64,000 bases of DNA from Lama guanicoe (GCA_013239625.1 MU054001.1:5753078-5817077), one strand, 5' to 3'. Shown: positions 13,366 through 27,299, counted from the first letter of the stretch. A program made the numbers and translations. Notes: a model not told the origin generated them from the sequence alone.

Positions 13366-14639
13366 TCCAAAGGATAAAGGGACAGATCTTGCAACAATCA
13401 GAAGACTGCTCCAAGAAGTCAAAGACAAAAGAATTCAGCAAAAAGTTATACAATGTTCAGAGGCTATTTCCTGAAAACATTATATATAGTATTTTCTGTT
13501 AATATAAGAAATTCATGACATCAGACAAGAGAATGGATATGCCTCAGATATGGAGACGACTAGTTTGAAAGAAAGAAAAAAAAGCTGACAGGATCAAAAG
13601 CACTTGTTTCTCCTGCAGGAACAGCTTCCTGTTTTGGTAACAAAGGAACCACACTTAAAATAACCATCGTGAAGCATGCTTAGGGCCTGAGAAGTCAATG
13701 GCAGGAAGCCACAACAAAGAGCCCTGAAAGCAGCCCGACAGAAGATGATTCCTCCGGAGAACTGGATCCAAGAAAGGCTAAGAAAATAGCTGCCCTAGAA
13801 AACACGTGGGATGTACAGTGAGGAACCGCAGCAGCGAGTGAGGAGGGAGCCCACGCACAGGCTCTCCCCGTGGCATCTGACCCCAGGCAGCAAGCAGACT
13901 TGCTGAAGCAGCAGGCAGGATCCCTTTCCTCCAGCTCGCAGCCAGGGGAGGACCTGGGAGAATTAAAGCGCACGAAGGAGGAGAACTTAGTGCTGTGAAA
14001 TTTGAATGTTTTCTTCTGATGCATTTTGAACTGTGAAGCTGTCTGGAAAGGATATGCCCAGAAATTAATACTGTCTCTGCCTTCTTCCAGTATATTAGGT
14101 TGATTTCACTGTCCTATACGTAAGGCAAACGTATCAGGGAAACAACACATGTCAAAATGCGCAACTAAGTCAAACTGGGATCTAGACTGAGCTACAGAAA
14201 CTGTCCTGGAGTTAGATCTGTGGTCTAGCCAGCCCAGTGTTTTGTGGTCAGCAAGGCCCCCAGGGAATCCATCATGAGAGGACGGGCATGTTTTCACTGA
14301 CATCAAATCCTACTGCTTATGACTCACACCACCCAACCACTTAGCCCTTTTTCCAATCCACAGCTTCTACTTTCCTATGGACTGGGAAGTAGATAGCCAA
14401 GTTTATAAAGAAGGGTCTGTTAACAAAGTCAGATCGGCAAGGCATAGTGTTTATTGGAGACTGTTGTGAAGGGACTTGTGAATCAACTCAGAGCCAAGCT
14501 AGACAGCTACTGAGAATCCTCCTCAACTGAGATTTTGTAATAGTCAGTCAGGTGATGAGTGGTGGCCTGAATGTACAAAACAAAGGCTACAGAGGCTGGT
14601 AATTCTTCATAGGCTCTTTTTCTGCCTCTTTTGTCTATT

Positions 14640-15260
14640 ACCACTATTTCTATTCAACATTTTTCTAGAGGTTAGTTCACTAGGAAAGAACAAAAATAAA
14701 AAGTATAATGATCAGAAATGAAAAGCAAAAATGGACATTATTTGCATTTGTAGTAACTGGTGGTGTATGGAGAAAATCGAAAAAAATCTATAGTTGGAAT
14801 TAATATGTCAATTTGGCAAGTTTGCTGGATACAAGTGAATATAGTATCCCCATATACTAGCAACCAAAACAATTAGAAAATTAAAAATTAAGAAGACTAT
14901 TTACAATACACATGCACAAAAGGATCAATTAACTAGGAAAACAGCTAAAGGAAAAATATGCAAAAGCTCACCACTGAAACACTTAAAAACATTTATTAAG
15001 ATTTATATAAATGAAGCTAGTTATGAACTGACAGAAGACTTGATAATACCAAATTGTCAATTCTCCCCAAAGGGATTCACAGTTTCAATACAATCAGAAT
15101 CAAAATATCAAAAGGCTTTACCTATTTATTTACTTATTTACTGGTAGAGATAGACAAGCTGATTCTAAAATTAGTATGAATATTTGACGAACCTACAACA
15201 GGCAAAGCAATCCTGAAGGAAAACAAAGCTGGAGGGCTTCCACTGCCAGGTGTATCAAGG
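14640..15260 (+). mobile_element. Old L1 ORF2 fragment
   Basis: ttggcaagtttgctggatacaag...ttctccccaaagggattcacagtttcaatacaatc...gacaagctgattctaaaattagtatg...aaagctggagggcttccactgccag. Confidence 0.75.
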
Positions 15261-18200
15261 CTATCCGAGACACAGTCATTCCTGAAACCACGTATGACGC
15301 AGCCACTGGGAACTTCATCCCAGGCCCAAGGTACCCGGCCACTAACCGTAAGGCAGCCAGCTGGTTCGTTTTCCCTTTAGGTGTTTATCTGAGCGCTCCA
15401 TACATAACCATGTACATACTGCTTTAAGCGGCATTTAAAAAGCTTACTTATAATGACATCTAACACACCTCAGGAATAACTGTTAAAGAGGCTAATTCTC
15501 TTTTTTTCCTAACCAATTTTTCAGGTGATTTCTATGAGAACAGTAAGAAACTAACATCTTGAAGTACATCAAGTTTAATATAGTTTCTCCAAATACTATA
15601 CTTTTCAAAAATAATGGGGAGTGCTCCATATCCTGAGAAACTTCGTAAGGATTGGCTATAACGTGAGTCCATCTTTGCTGAGGATAATTTTTGAGGGAAA
15701 AAAACTTACTAGATATTAAAAGACATATATGGTACATGAGTACTTGAACAAATAGAGGTGTGCCTAGCTCCACAGAGATACATCCAAGTCTGAACACATG
15801 GAACTTTTCTGTCCTTGGCTAAAGGCAGGCAAAAGCAGAACATAACTTCAGCCACAAACTTTTATCTTTCAACCCAACTAATATCCCAGAAAGGAAAAGG
15901 GCAATTCAGAATACACTAATAACATGCAGAGAAACACAGGCAGTGAGGCTTTCCTGAAATAATTCCCATACTTTTTAGGTAAGGGACCAAAACCCTACAC
16001 ATTCCTCCTCTAACACCAATCAGCAAGAAAGCTCACTCATCTTTTAAATCTTGTTATTTATTCTGTTGAACTGCCAGTTAAGACCTCACAAATACAAAGA
16101 CAACTGTTCACAGACCAGTATTTCTGGGCCTCCTCCAGAAAGTTTGTTCGATATGCTGGAGGTTCTGCCTGTTTTTAATGCTTGTGGCCTGAAATTACTT
16201 TTCTTCCTGGCAGTGACTCTGAGTCCAGCAATATTTTTAACATTAAAAATAATTCCCTCACTGAGTTACTTGAAATTTCGAAAACAACTTTCATTTTATA
16301 CTCTAATTTGAAATAATTCATTTTTTAATGAGAAACTTTCAGTTATTAAGCTACCTCCACTTGAACTGTGACATGAAAATCTAAGAGAGACTTTTTTGGT
16401 AGAAATTTTTCTTTTGGCTTGAGGTCATAAACACCAATTTTCAGAATACCTTATAATAATTTTACTAAAATCTACAGGAGAGTTGTTTACAGTAACTCAG
16501 GGTATCTTAACAATATAAGACCCAGCTTGGAGTCCACGGTTAGCTAATAAGAACTATTACCCAAATCACCCTCTCAAGAGACAAGTATTTCTCCTGATTA
16601 TTTATTTATATGGGTGTCCTAGGTAACAACTTAACCACCCAAATCTGCTTAACTGCGTTGTTATTTAGGCTTTATTCTGCGAATCATGGATTAAAAATAA
16701 CAATAACCAACTAAATGTTACCATGAAACACTATGTTCTCACATAGTTCACAACTATTTGAACAAGTTCTTGAATATTTCTGGGTTATCTTTAAATAGCT
16801 AATATGATCACAGACATTATTAGAGATATGCTAGTGGATATACATATGAACATTAAGCACTGTGTAACTATGGGAAGCTTCGTTTGACATCAGATCCCAC
16901 TGAATGTATTATAAATTCCAAATGACACCATCTAAATCTTAAACACAACTTTCAAAACGTGTTAACTAGATAAACTCATTTCACTCTCTGCCTTATCAGA
17001 CAGGAACTAAAGCACACAGGCTCAGATGCCGCAGGCCACAGCACAACGGGGATGTTCTAAGAATAAAAATGAGAAATCTCATGAGGATCTAGGCCTTACA
17101 TTTAGAAGGGGAAAAAGAGAAAAATGCCTCTGTCCACTCACTCTCAGCTACACCGGTGATTCCATTCACGATAGGCCATCACTCACCTAGGGCGCTTTTC
17201 AAAAATTCAGATTTCTGAAAATGGTGGTATCTTTAAATTTCCTCTCCAGATCCTATTAAAATGACAATTAAGAAACTGAACAAAAACGGATTAATCCACA
17301 CGAACAAAAAGAATAATAAAGAAGACGAGAGATGCTGACATTCTGGGTAACAGAATGTAAGTGAACAAGAAGTAATAAACCCTTAGCAGATTAGAAAACA
17401 TGGAAACCTCAATGTCTGTGGAGGCCGGGGGGTTTATCCACAAAATCCTACCAAGGCTCAGGAATTTGAGGTACCCCTGAAAATATGGGTGAGAAGTAAA
17501 CTAAAGACAACAGGTTTTTAAATCTGCGTAAGAAACAATTAAGAGTTTAAAGTCACTATTCCTACTCCACATAACAAGGGCACTACCCCCCCCTCAATTC
17601 AACAGAAGGTGGGAGGTTTACTCTGCAGAAATGAACCAGTGAGGTTTGAGGCACAGTGCGAACAGACGTGAAGCATGAACTAGAAATAGGAGGATTTGGG
17701 AAAGTCTACTCTTTGCATGACACTGCTGTTAAATGCACTTGGCAGAGCAATAGAAGGAAAAGCAGGGAAGATGTTTACCTTCATAATTCTACTACACCTA
17801 TCACAAATCATGCTTCTTCAGCCATATTCCTCAAACTCCTTCCTAGAAACAGCTACGGAAACAGAGGAACATCTAATAAATCTCTTTACTACGAAAGAAA
17901 TGTTCAGTTCTCTACTACAGTCATGTTTGTTAAAGCAAGTCTCGTTGACCATGCAGCAGCATGGTCGTACTAGAGGAGATGCCCGCATTTCATTAATTGA
18001 AGTAGAACCCTTCCCTTTCTCTCCCTGTCACCGCCTCCACAATGAGTTTTCTAACAAAAAATAATTTAAATTACATCTTAATTGTGTACCTAGCAAAGAA
18101 AATGTGTGAGGAAACCAAATTATTACACCAGAAGCTATTCCAGGATATAAAGATCTACCCTTGCAGTACTTGGACAGAGTGGATTTTTTTTTTTAACAAC

Positions 18201-18516
18201 CCAAATCAGATGGGAAAAAGAGAATACCAGAACCCAAACATAAAGTGTGCCACCTTTATAAAGCTGGAGAAAATATATCCTTAAACCATTAATACTAAGT
18301 GTTATTCCTGCTAAAACTCTACTGTCTATAGAAGAGAATCCTCTTGATACAGCACATAACCAGGAAGCTCTACCTACTCGTCGGATGCATTTACCAGGGG
18401 AGAAGCATGTCCCACTGCTCCGAGGACCACCCACACCGACCCTCCACATCCAACTCTCTTTTTTGCCATTCCCTCCTGGCCACCGCGCCTGCAGGCACCA
18501 GATCAAGGTCACAGAC

Positions 18517-18650
18517 CTTCTCCCTCAGTCACGTCGGGACGGTCCAACTTGGCTTCTCTGTGCTGTCCCTCTGCCACCTTCACAGCCACGGCTCGGCAAA
18601 TGGCTCCCAGCTTCCTGTCCAGAGAGCGAACCCCTGCCTCTCGGGTGTAC
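18517..18650 (-). CDS. LONP2: LONP2 exon 11 (134 nt): (R)YTREAGVRSLDRKLGAICRAVAVKVAEGQHREAKLDRPDVTEGE(G); sensor-2 region
   Basis: Acceptor ttgatgacag|G, donor G|gtctgt; Lon YTREAGVR motif. Confidence 0.95.
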
Positions 18651-18746
18651 CTGTCATCAAATCGAAGAAAAATATTTTATTTTTGGCTAAACACCACCTG
18701 TAAAAAGAGAGAGAGGTAATGTGATTAATAATTATACTAAAGGAGG

Positions 18747-18895
18747 AGGGGAGGGTATAGCTCAGTGGTGGACGGCATGCTTAGCATGCACGAGGTCCTG
18801 GATTCAGTCCCCAGTACCTCCATAAATACATAAGTACATAAACCAATTACCTCCCCCCCTGAAAAGAGAATTTAGTATAAAAAAAGAAAAAAAAA
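18747..18895 (+). mobile_element. tRNA-Ala-derived SINE (camelid Vic-1-like)
   Basis: ggggagggtatagctcagtggtggacggcatgcttagcatgcacgaggtcctggattcagtccccagtacctcc, A-rich tail, TSD aattata(c/t)taaagga. Confidence 0.85.
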
Positions 18896-19079
18896 TTATA
18901 TTAAAGGAAGTATATATTTAAAAGTTCATTAGTTTCCTGAGTACTAACTTCCACACCTTTAAAAATTCCTCATTAAAGTACCGTTATTTCTTAAAGATTC
19001 AGAAGTATTTTCGGCTACAGCATTTTCCTTTACACAGAATATCTTAAACCATTACTCCATTCTTAAGAAATGAATTCTT

Positions 19080-19179
19080 AATATGAAAATGAATATACGT
19101 ATATATATGCATGACTGGGACATTGTGCTGTACACCAGAGACTGACACACTGTAATTGATTGCACTTCAATAAAAAAAA
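19080..19179 (+). mobile_element. Short L1 3' end
   Basis: atgactgggacattgtgctgtacaccagag...cttcaataaaaaaaaa; TSD aaatgaattctt at 19068-19079 and 19180-19191. Confidence 0.8.
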
Positions 19180-20399
19180 AAATGAATTCTTGGTTCTTCA
19201 ATTTATATTGCCAAAGTAAACTGGCAGTGCATAAAAACACTTACTCCTTGATGATAAGTGTAAAAGCTTTCTTAAAATTTTGTCTATTTAAGAAAATTCT
19301 GATAAATTTATTATACTTGAAATATTGCTGAAAGAATCAGAAAAACAGAACTATTTTCCCAACTAAAGCAGAAAACAATTTGAGACAGAAATCCAGTCAT
19401 ATTAGGAACTGTGCCTATTATCCCATTCAGTGTACTTGCACTGCAGAGACTTCTAAAGAGAGTAAGTATGCTAATGAGGCGAGCACTGTGGTTTTGTGAA
19501 AAAGATTCTAAATGTGGTTCAGTAGAGCTGTCTTTAAAAATTTATATGTTAGACTTAAACCTTGTATGCCACTTCATAAACCTTTAGATGGTACAGTCAT
19601 TCTTGGCCACCAGCTCTGGGTGAGTCTGAATGGACAGCATCAGAGAGAGAGAACGCAGTTCCCTCTGAAAAACTGCACTGATTAGGAAGTCAGACATAGA
19701 TTTCAGACTGCAGTGAAGCAGATTTCTTAAGTTCTGAGAGAAGGTAAATAAGTTCTTGGCTAAACACTCTAAAGACTCACTTCAATCAAAGGAATAAGGA
19801 GGAGAGAAAAGTCCATATTCCACAGCTTCATGTAATTTCAGTAAGAAAGAAAACAGGGAGGCATCCTAAAAATAAACAAACCAACATGTAAAAACAAAAG
19901 CCAAAACCCAGTTCAGCTTCTGAGACAACTATCTGATGAGCCCAGATTAAAGGGTCTGCACAAAGATGAAAGAGAACGGCCTGAGGAAGCTTACGGAGGA
20001 ATGGCATGCACACGCAGAAAAGGCACGGGACGTCCAGAGGAAGCTGCAGCGTGCCAAAGATAATAAGGGCGCCAGCAACAACAGAGAGATGCTTTTAGGC
20101 GTTTGCAGCAATACGGGACTGGGAACTAACGCAGACAGTGCAGCATGAACAGCTGACTGAGAGAGAGCAGACACGTCAACCCCTACTTAGCATCTTTAAA
20201 CCAAAAAAGGAAGAAGCACCGGTGTCAAATAAGAGCTGGCTGATGATCATGAAGATGCCAATTTTCAGAGGACGTAAAACTAATGTACTTGATGATAATC
20301 AAGATGAAAGAGAAAATCAGTTTGCTGCAATGGTAGCTGAGACGAACACGTATATTAAAACATACATAATTACACACTTCTCTAGTTAGGCTTTGAAAA

Positions 20400-21055
20400 A
20401 TTCAACCCCTATAAACATGCGATGGGATAGACCAGGCGTAGCAGAAATTCATATGGAAAAGAACTGAAGGTGTTGGGTAACTGTAAGTGCAATAGGCAAG
20501 AGCACAACTCAAAAAAGCTAAGAATCCTGAGACACAGTCATAAAATAATAGAGTCACAATAAGAAAATCAATGGGCTTCTTATACCACGACTGTTTAGGC
20601 TACATCTGAAATACGGCATTCTACTATGGGTGTTTAATTAAAAAAGGACATTGACATCACAGGAATCATTCAGAAGAAGACTAACCAAGAAGGGGAAAAG
20701 TCTTAAAAGTGGGTCAAGAGGAATGGTAAAGAGAAGAGGGAAGTTTAGCTTAGAGAAGAGAACCTTTATGGGATGGGGACCTGATGGCATTTTTTTTTTA
20801 ATGCCAGAAGGGCTGTACAAGAGAGAAATTATATTTAGATTCCACGTGTACGTATTGGGCAGAATGAGAAAATTGTAAGAGGGTGAATATAAAGATTATT
20901 TTACAGCAGCTGTACTTACTCACAAGGAGCAGTCAGCAGTGAGCACTCCAGCACTGGAAGAAGTCAAGCAGGCTGGCTATACGGGAGGTGAGGAGGACCA
21001 GACGGCTCCTAAGACCCCCTCCCCTCCTCCTGAACACTGTGGGTCTGTGACTGTG
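20400..21055 (+). mobile_element. L3/CR1 LINE remnant (RT C-terminus and 3' end); may extend upstream to about 19700
   Basis: Degenerate peptides RLHLKYGILLW..KKDID..GKFSLEKR resemble the CR1 consensus RPHLEYCVQFW..KKDID..GLFSLEKR; ends with ctgtga repeats. Confidence 0.65.
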
Positions 21056-22329
21056 ACACAGGATAAGATGAAACACACGTGCAAGATGAAAAACTAGGTC
21101 CTAAGTTGGGTAACTCACTAAATATCCAAAACTTGCCTGGAATAGCAAATACCTGTGCTGTTCTTAAAAATATTAAAACTGCTCAGAGAAATTTCTCAAT
21201 GTTCACAGCTTTTAATATCTGACGTTTGAGCTAACAACTATATAAAAAGGAAACAGTTCTCCAGGCAACAACTGGGAAATAACAATGATTACTCTTCAGA
21301 ATCATTATTATTTAGAGCCAGATAAGCTATCAATGGGTATTTTCCCCTATCACTTAGCTTTTACAGATGGGGAAGCTATCAAAAAGGTTAAGTGACTTGT
21401 TGAAAGTTACTCAGACATAAGGGGTGTTATCTGGAATAATGGTATTTTTGGAAGACTCTGGCATATAAATCACCTTATTTAAAATGATAAAATACTTTAC
21501 TTCCCCTGGCATTATCCAGACAGCAAACCACAAGTTAAGAAAAGGAACTCCCAGATCAGATAGAGTCTTACTGTTTTGTACGTAAATTTAAATAGACTTC
21601 CCAACAGACTTCCATAAGGAGGCTGGCTTAGATCAAAAAGCAGTCTGCCTGGCCAAACTCTAAGTCAGAGTTCAAAAGGGAGCGAGACTTCACTTCTCTT
21701 GAAACGCAGCAGTTGCTAGGAAAGCGCTGCATGTGGAGTCCTGGCAGTCTGACACCATTTGCCAGATGATGCAATGGACGTGCAATGCTGAGCCAGGAAA
21801 ACTGTGAGAGGCTATTGCAGATATAAATTCTCAACAGGATATATTTTCCATTCAAACATGCAATCTATAAATTAGACTCAGCAACACTGCACTCAGATAA
21901 GTTATGTCCTGCTTGCCACAGGCTTAACATTTGGTAGCTAACTTGGGAAGCACCTTTATTGTTGTCCTGGTGTTAATTCCAAAGGTGAAAACTCGAACTT
22001 AGATTTCAACGTTTAAGATCCTGGGTCATAAAAGGTATCTCAGTTTTGGGGTGTTAATTTATTAAATTAATCCCTTATATTACTACTGTGGAAAAGCTGA
22101 AATTCTGGCTCAACTCAAGTCCTTAGTTAGCTAGGAAGAAACTCTAAATGCTTTCCCTATGAATTTCTGCCTAATACAGAGCTCCGTGTGAATCAACAGC
22201 TATGGGAATGCTTGCTGGGAATCTGCTGGAGAGCGAGACAGAGAGAAATGGATACTGTGAGTTTCCAGTAAAACAGGAATCTCCTGTCTAGACGTGCACA
22301 TGAGTGAAGCCTCAGGACGGCAGACTAAC

Positions 22330-22456
22330 CTGGTGATGATGTCCAGAGTGGTGACCTGAGGGATCTGAATCTGCTGAGGAGTCAGCCCATGCTGCTCCAG
22401 TTGCTTAGGGATCAAGTGCCTGTGGGCAATCTCTATCTTCTCCTCTTGTGTGTACC
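22330..22456 (-). CDS. LONP2: LONP2 exon 10 (127 nt): (G)YTQEEKIEIAHRHLIPKQLEQHGLTPQQIQIPQVTTLDIIT(R)
   Basis: Acceptor tcttttccag|GG, donor AG|gttagt; inside ORF 22200..22475. Confidence 0.96.
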
Positions 22457-24339
22457 CTGGAAAAGATACCATCATGCTTTGTGATTATTCACATGGCTTC
22501 CACAGCACCACGCTTCAGTAATAAACCCAAAGCTGTTTCAACGAATCTTGGATTTAAAATGAATTTAAGTGTTACTTCAACTAAAATTGCAATCAGAATA
22601 AAGAAATTGAATATCCAGCCCATAGTTGTTAGCATTCCTGACTTTTTCACAAACAAAACAAGTACTTACTAAGCACAGTGCTTAAAAGTCTTTTGATTAA
22701 ATGGTATCTCTCTCAAAGAAGAAAAAAAAAATCTCTGTCTCATTAACTTAGAGACAGTTACCTCCTTAACTCAAATGTGAGTTTTTATTTTATTATTTAA
22801 TAAGAAAATAACACATTCCTTTTCTTTAGTATAATTTGATACATAACTGAAAAAACTTACAACAGCAACAACAAAGACTTCTTACTAAGACTTCAAGGGA
22901 AGAGCTGCAAAGGAGCTATTTCCAGAACTCCACCTATAAATCTTAGCAACAAAACAGTACAAAAACTAAAAAGTTTTTGCCCCATGAAGTTTTTTCCCCT
23001 CTACATGCCGGAATTATGCATATAATTTATATTTTAAAACCTCTGTGTTCTTATTTACTTTTCTTATATCCTTAAAAACCTCAATGAGTATAAAATTTAC
23101 TGTCTTTAAATCCTGTAAGACAAAATTGCCCCCTACAATGATTGCCTCTTTTCCAATTCCAAGCAAAATTAAAAAGGTGAATTGACAAGGCATCTTTTGA
23201 GGAGAAAAAGGAAATAAAAAACACCAGAAAAGCTAGAAGAAAGGATAAGCAAACCTGCTGGTGGAAGGTGGCATCACAGTCACCTCTGCAGCAGCTGTCC
23301 TGATAATTTCACTTCAAGCTAGTATGTCTTATGTATTTTTGCCTTAAATTGGAGTTTCCAGACAACTGGGTCTCATTACTTATTTATTTCAGTCTTATAA
23401 ATAAGCACAAAGCAATTTTTTACTCCACTGTATTTTAAAACCAAATATAGGAACCTGTAGGGCTCACAGATAACTAAGAAATTCAATTATCATTTACTTG
23501 ATAGTAAAAAGTCAGATTAATATGAAATACATACTTAGATTATATTTTCATTTTAACAGATATCCACTGACATTTGATCTCTTCTAAGGAAAAGTAATTC
23601 TGAGCAATTGAAATAAGGTGAAAACACTGGGATTTACTTAGTGTTAGTAACTAAAGGACTTTATTTTACACACTCCAGTGAAGGAGATCTGGTTGAAAAA
23701 AAAAGTATGTAACTATTTGACAGAGTCAATTAAGAAGAAGAGGAATTTAAAAGCATCCTGAACTTTTACATAAAAATGAGGCCAGATATAACAAACAGAA
23801 AGCTATAGGATCTACCTCTCAATGAGAATGAATGATTAGACTTTCTCAGAGACGGTAAAAACTTCAAAATCTGATAGACAGGAAGCTACACTGGCTATAC
23901 GAGGATCCATTTTTGCTTTTCAGCTTACTTTAAAAAATAATTTTACTTACTTTAAAAAATAATTATTTTTGTCAATAATTTTAGAAATTGCTTCAAAGAA
24001 GAATATCGTGTTTTCCATAAAAATGATCATTCTTTAATGCTACATTAAATCTGAAATTGTTGTGCAAAATTTACTCGTATGTTTTACAGAAGACACATAC
24101 ACTCTTATCTGTCACAGTTAAAACAAATAAACAATATTTTGCAAAATTCTGTGGCTCTGAATCTACATAAAAGCTGGTTTATATACCAGATTCAGAACTT
24201 TTGAAGATCATACATTGGCAAATCAACTTTTTACTAAAAACTCCACAGCTCAACCAATTTTAAAGAGTTATGCTCAGAAAAGCTCTCAGAAATAGCTTCT
24301 TATTTAACAAAATAATGATTTTGTTTACAAATCAAGTAC

Positions 24340-24490
24340 CTGGCACCTGAATGATCTCCATTCTGTCCAACAAGGCAGGTGGAATAGTAGCAGTGGTGTT
24401 GGCCGTAGCTATAAAAAGGACTTGGGAAAGGTCAAAGGCCACATTGAGATAATGATCTGTGAAGTTATGATTCTGTTCGGGATCCAACAC
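24340..24490 (-). CDS. LONP2: LONP2 exon 9 (151 nt): [50 protein letters not shown](G); sensor-1 and Arg finger region
   Basis: Acceptor ttctcccacag|GTG, donor G|gtactt; manual translation matches LONP2. Confidence 0.96.
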
Positions 24491-26479
24491 CTGTGGGAGA
24501 ATAAACATTTAAATCGATTCAGTAGTTCCAACAGAAAGCTGCATAAATTTTAAAACACACGTGATGTATTAGCAAGGTTGATATTTCTGCTCAATATAGC
24601 TAGTTTGAGAAACATGAGGAAAACACTGAAAACCAAAAAGAAATATATTCAATACCAAAGATTTTTTAACATACAGAAGCCCAAGGAAGCAAGAATTAGC
24701 CATTCAAGCTTTGTTCTTAAACCTATTAATGACTCACTGTGTGGCCATGAATTCGTTACCAATCCTGCAGAACCAGTTTCCCTCTCGGTAACACACCCTT
24801 CTCAACTGCTATGGGAATATAAAGTAAACGTGTAGAGCATTTTGAAATTCTTAGGTAACAGGTAAAATAATAATTAGTATATTTCCCCTCAAACGTTATC
24901 AGAAAGTCTTTAACTGAAAGGGGAATTCCAAACAAGAGTGAACGGATAAAAATTACTCCTATATTCTGACAAAGCACAAGGGATAGCTCACTTTAAAAAA
25001 ATGCCTTAAAGCAAAACCTTTCTGTTTATAATGAGCAAAATATCAGTATCTCTCAAAAATATTTTAATTGGATAAATTAGTCAATTTACCGATTAGATTC
25101 TTTAAACACTGAACAATTGTATATTAAGGAGGATATGTCTTCTAAGATCCCTGCTCAAATGCTCCAAGCTGCAGGCACCCACAGCGGAGAGCTCTACACG
25201 GACTGTAAAGGCACCAAGTGCCTTCCACATGTTCTAAACCTTTTAACACATTATAACTTTCACTTAGACTAGATTAGTATAAGATGTAAATAGGGTCGAC
25301 AAACATATTCGAAAAGGAAGTAAAATGACTAAAATACTTAACATCACAATTTTACTATGTAACTAGCTTCTCCTTGCTTCTGATTCTCTTTCTAAAGTTT
25401 TACTTGTTTTTAAATATACCCACAAGTTAGTCTTAATTCGAAGCTCTCTGAAGCTCTTGAATTTTGTTAAACATTCATTGTACTGGAAACTGTATGTTTA
25501 TCTAGAATACAATTCCCAGAAAGTTCTACTACTCATATTTTCACAAGACTTAATAATGTTTAATGTTATAATAAGTTACTTTCAAGTCACCCAAGGCAAT
25601 TCTAATTATGTTCAGTATAGAATTGGTTAAGAGCAATATTACTGTCTATCAATTACCTGAAAACTGTTAATCTATGTATGGCAATCTTAGTTAAGCCCAT
25701 TCTAGTTAAGTACAAATCTATTATTTAATGGCTGTGATGAAATTTAATACATACATGTTGGATATGTTTGAGAAGTGTTTACTGCACTGTCCAAGTGATT
25801 TTTTTTTCTCTTAAAATTTTAAGACACTGAGGTTTTTAAAAAGTAGGAAAATTAACAAAGCAATGTTCCTGAGCTATGAATGAGGTCTTTTAGAATGTAT
25901 CACACGACAGCTAGGTTGTGAGGAGAGAAAATCAGTGATGCCCAATTTGCTCGCCTCCATCTTTGATTTAGCAAAACAGAAAAAGATATGCAGATGTTAC
26001 ACAGAAAAACTGATCAGCAGTGTGCCAGATGAGAAGCATTCTAGTAACCACTACTCAGATGAAACCAAGGTAAACTGCTGAGTTCACAGACGGGCAAGAA
26101 TTACAGTGAGAACTTTTTAGCCATCAAACTGCTGCTTTTCCCCCAAACTTTAGAGCCAAGGCTTCCATGGTCCAATTCACCCACACAGAGGAGCTGCTTT
26201 CAAGAATGACCAGAACTGTTTTTTTCTCTCTTGTCTTCATTAAAAGGTCTTACTACATCAATCCTGAACTATCATTCCTACCTACGCAGCATGCCTGGCA
26301 ATGGAAATAGCTGTGATACGACCCTTTATTCTCCAGGACATGAGGCCAGAGGGGGGATAAACTATGGGGAGGGGTGTATGCTGAGGACTGTTCTTCAGTA
26401 AGAGCTTCTGGCCAGAGAAGAACTACAGATGTCTGTAGGCGATCCAGGAGCATGCTCCACTCACTACACATGACTAGGC

Positions 26480-27130
26480 ACCTGTCAGCTTTAAGTACGG
26501 GAGTATGGTGCTATTTTATAAAGGTCTGTATCTTCGAGAGATAGATACTAGCATAGTCACGAAAAGAAATGATGTCTGGAATTCGATTCAAGGTAAATAG
26601 GAGTGGGATGAGGGAGAATGGGTAGGAAGAGATGAAACAAGATTGGCCATCAGATGGTAACTGTTAAAACTGGGTGATAAGCTTAACGGTTCATTATGCT
26701 ATTCTCTCAACTTTCGCTGCAGTCAAAATTCTCCACAACAAAAAGTAAAAATAAATAAATAAAGTAAAATCAAATAATTAAAATCAACTTTGGAAGCCAC
26801 ACACAAATAACTCCCACAGGAATTCAATCAGTGATAACAATAAAGTTGAGAAAATGTCCAGAACACAGAAGAAAAAGGCGTAAAAAGCCGTGCAGGGGAA
26901 AGATAAGGAAAAAATAAACATGTCTAATTCACAGATAATTGATGTAACTAAAGAAGGGGTCTCAGCAAATGTAAAATAGCCTATAATGAAAGAAACAGCC
27001 AAGAAAATATTCTAGAAGACACAACACTGCAGACTGAAAAGCCTTAAATTCCTCCTGTGTGATAATAAGTGACAAATGTTATTAGGACACCTACAGAATT
27101 TTCAAGCAAAATTATGATGACCTGAAATAT
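26480..27130 (+). mobile_element. Old L1 fragments (3' end followed by ORF1 remnant)
   Basis: gatgaaacaagattggccatcagatggtaactgttaaaactgggtgat...ttcattatgctattctctcaactttc; A-rich ORF1-like sequence after 26780. Confidence 0.6.
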
Positions 27131-27299
27131 TTTAAAAAATATTTTATCACACAGAATATATGCAACACACATGAGATATGAAGTGTAACAAAGTGAGCAC
27201 CTGCGAGCCCACTACCCAACTGTGACTGCAGCTGCATCTTGTGCTTAGACCGCTGGCCACAAAAGTGGAATGTTCAGAATAACCCACCAAAGTACAAGG

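Noticed and set aside
17656..18703. Cluster of 100-125 aa ORFs
   Set aside because: Antisense or off-frame shadows of exon 11 plus old repeat sequence; no recognisable protein.
23924..23964. Two-copy direct repeats (also about 58356-58389 and 60209-60257)
   Set aside because: Simple local tandem duplications; only two units, no array or spacer structure.
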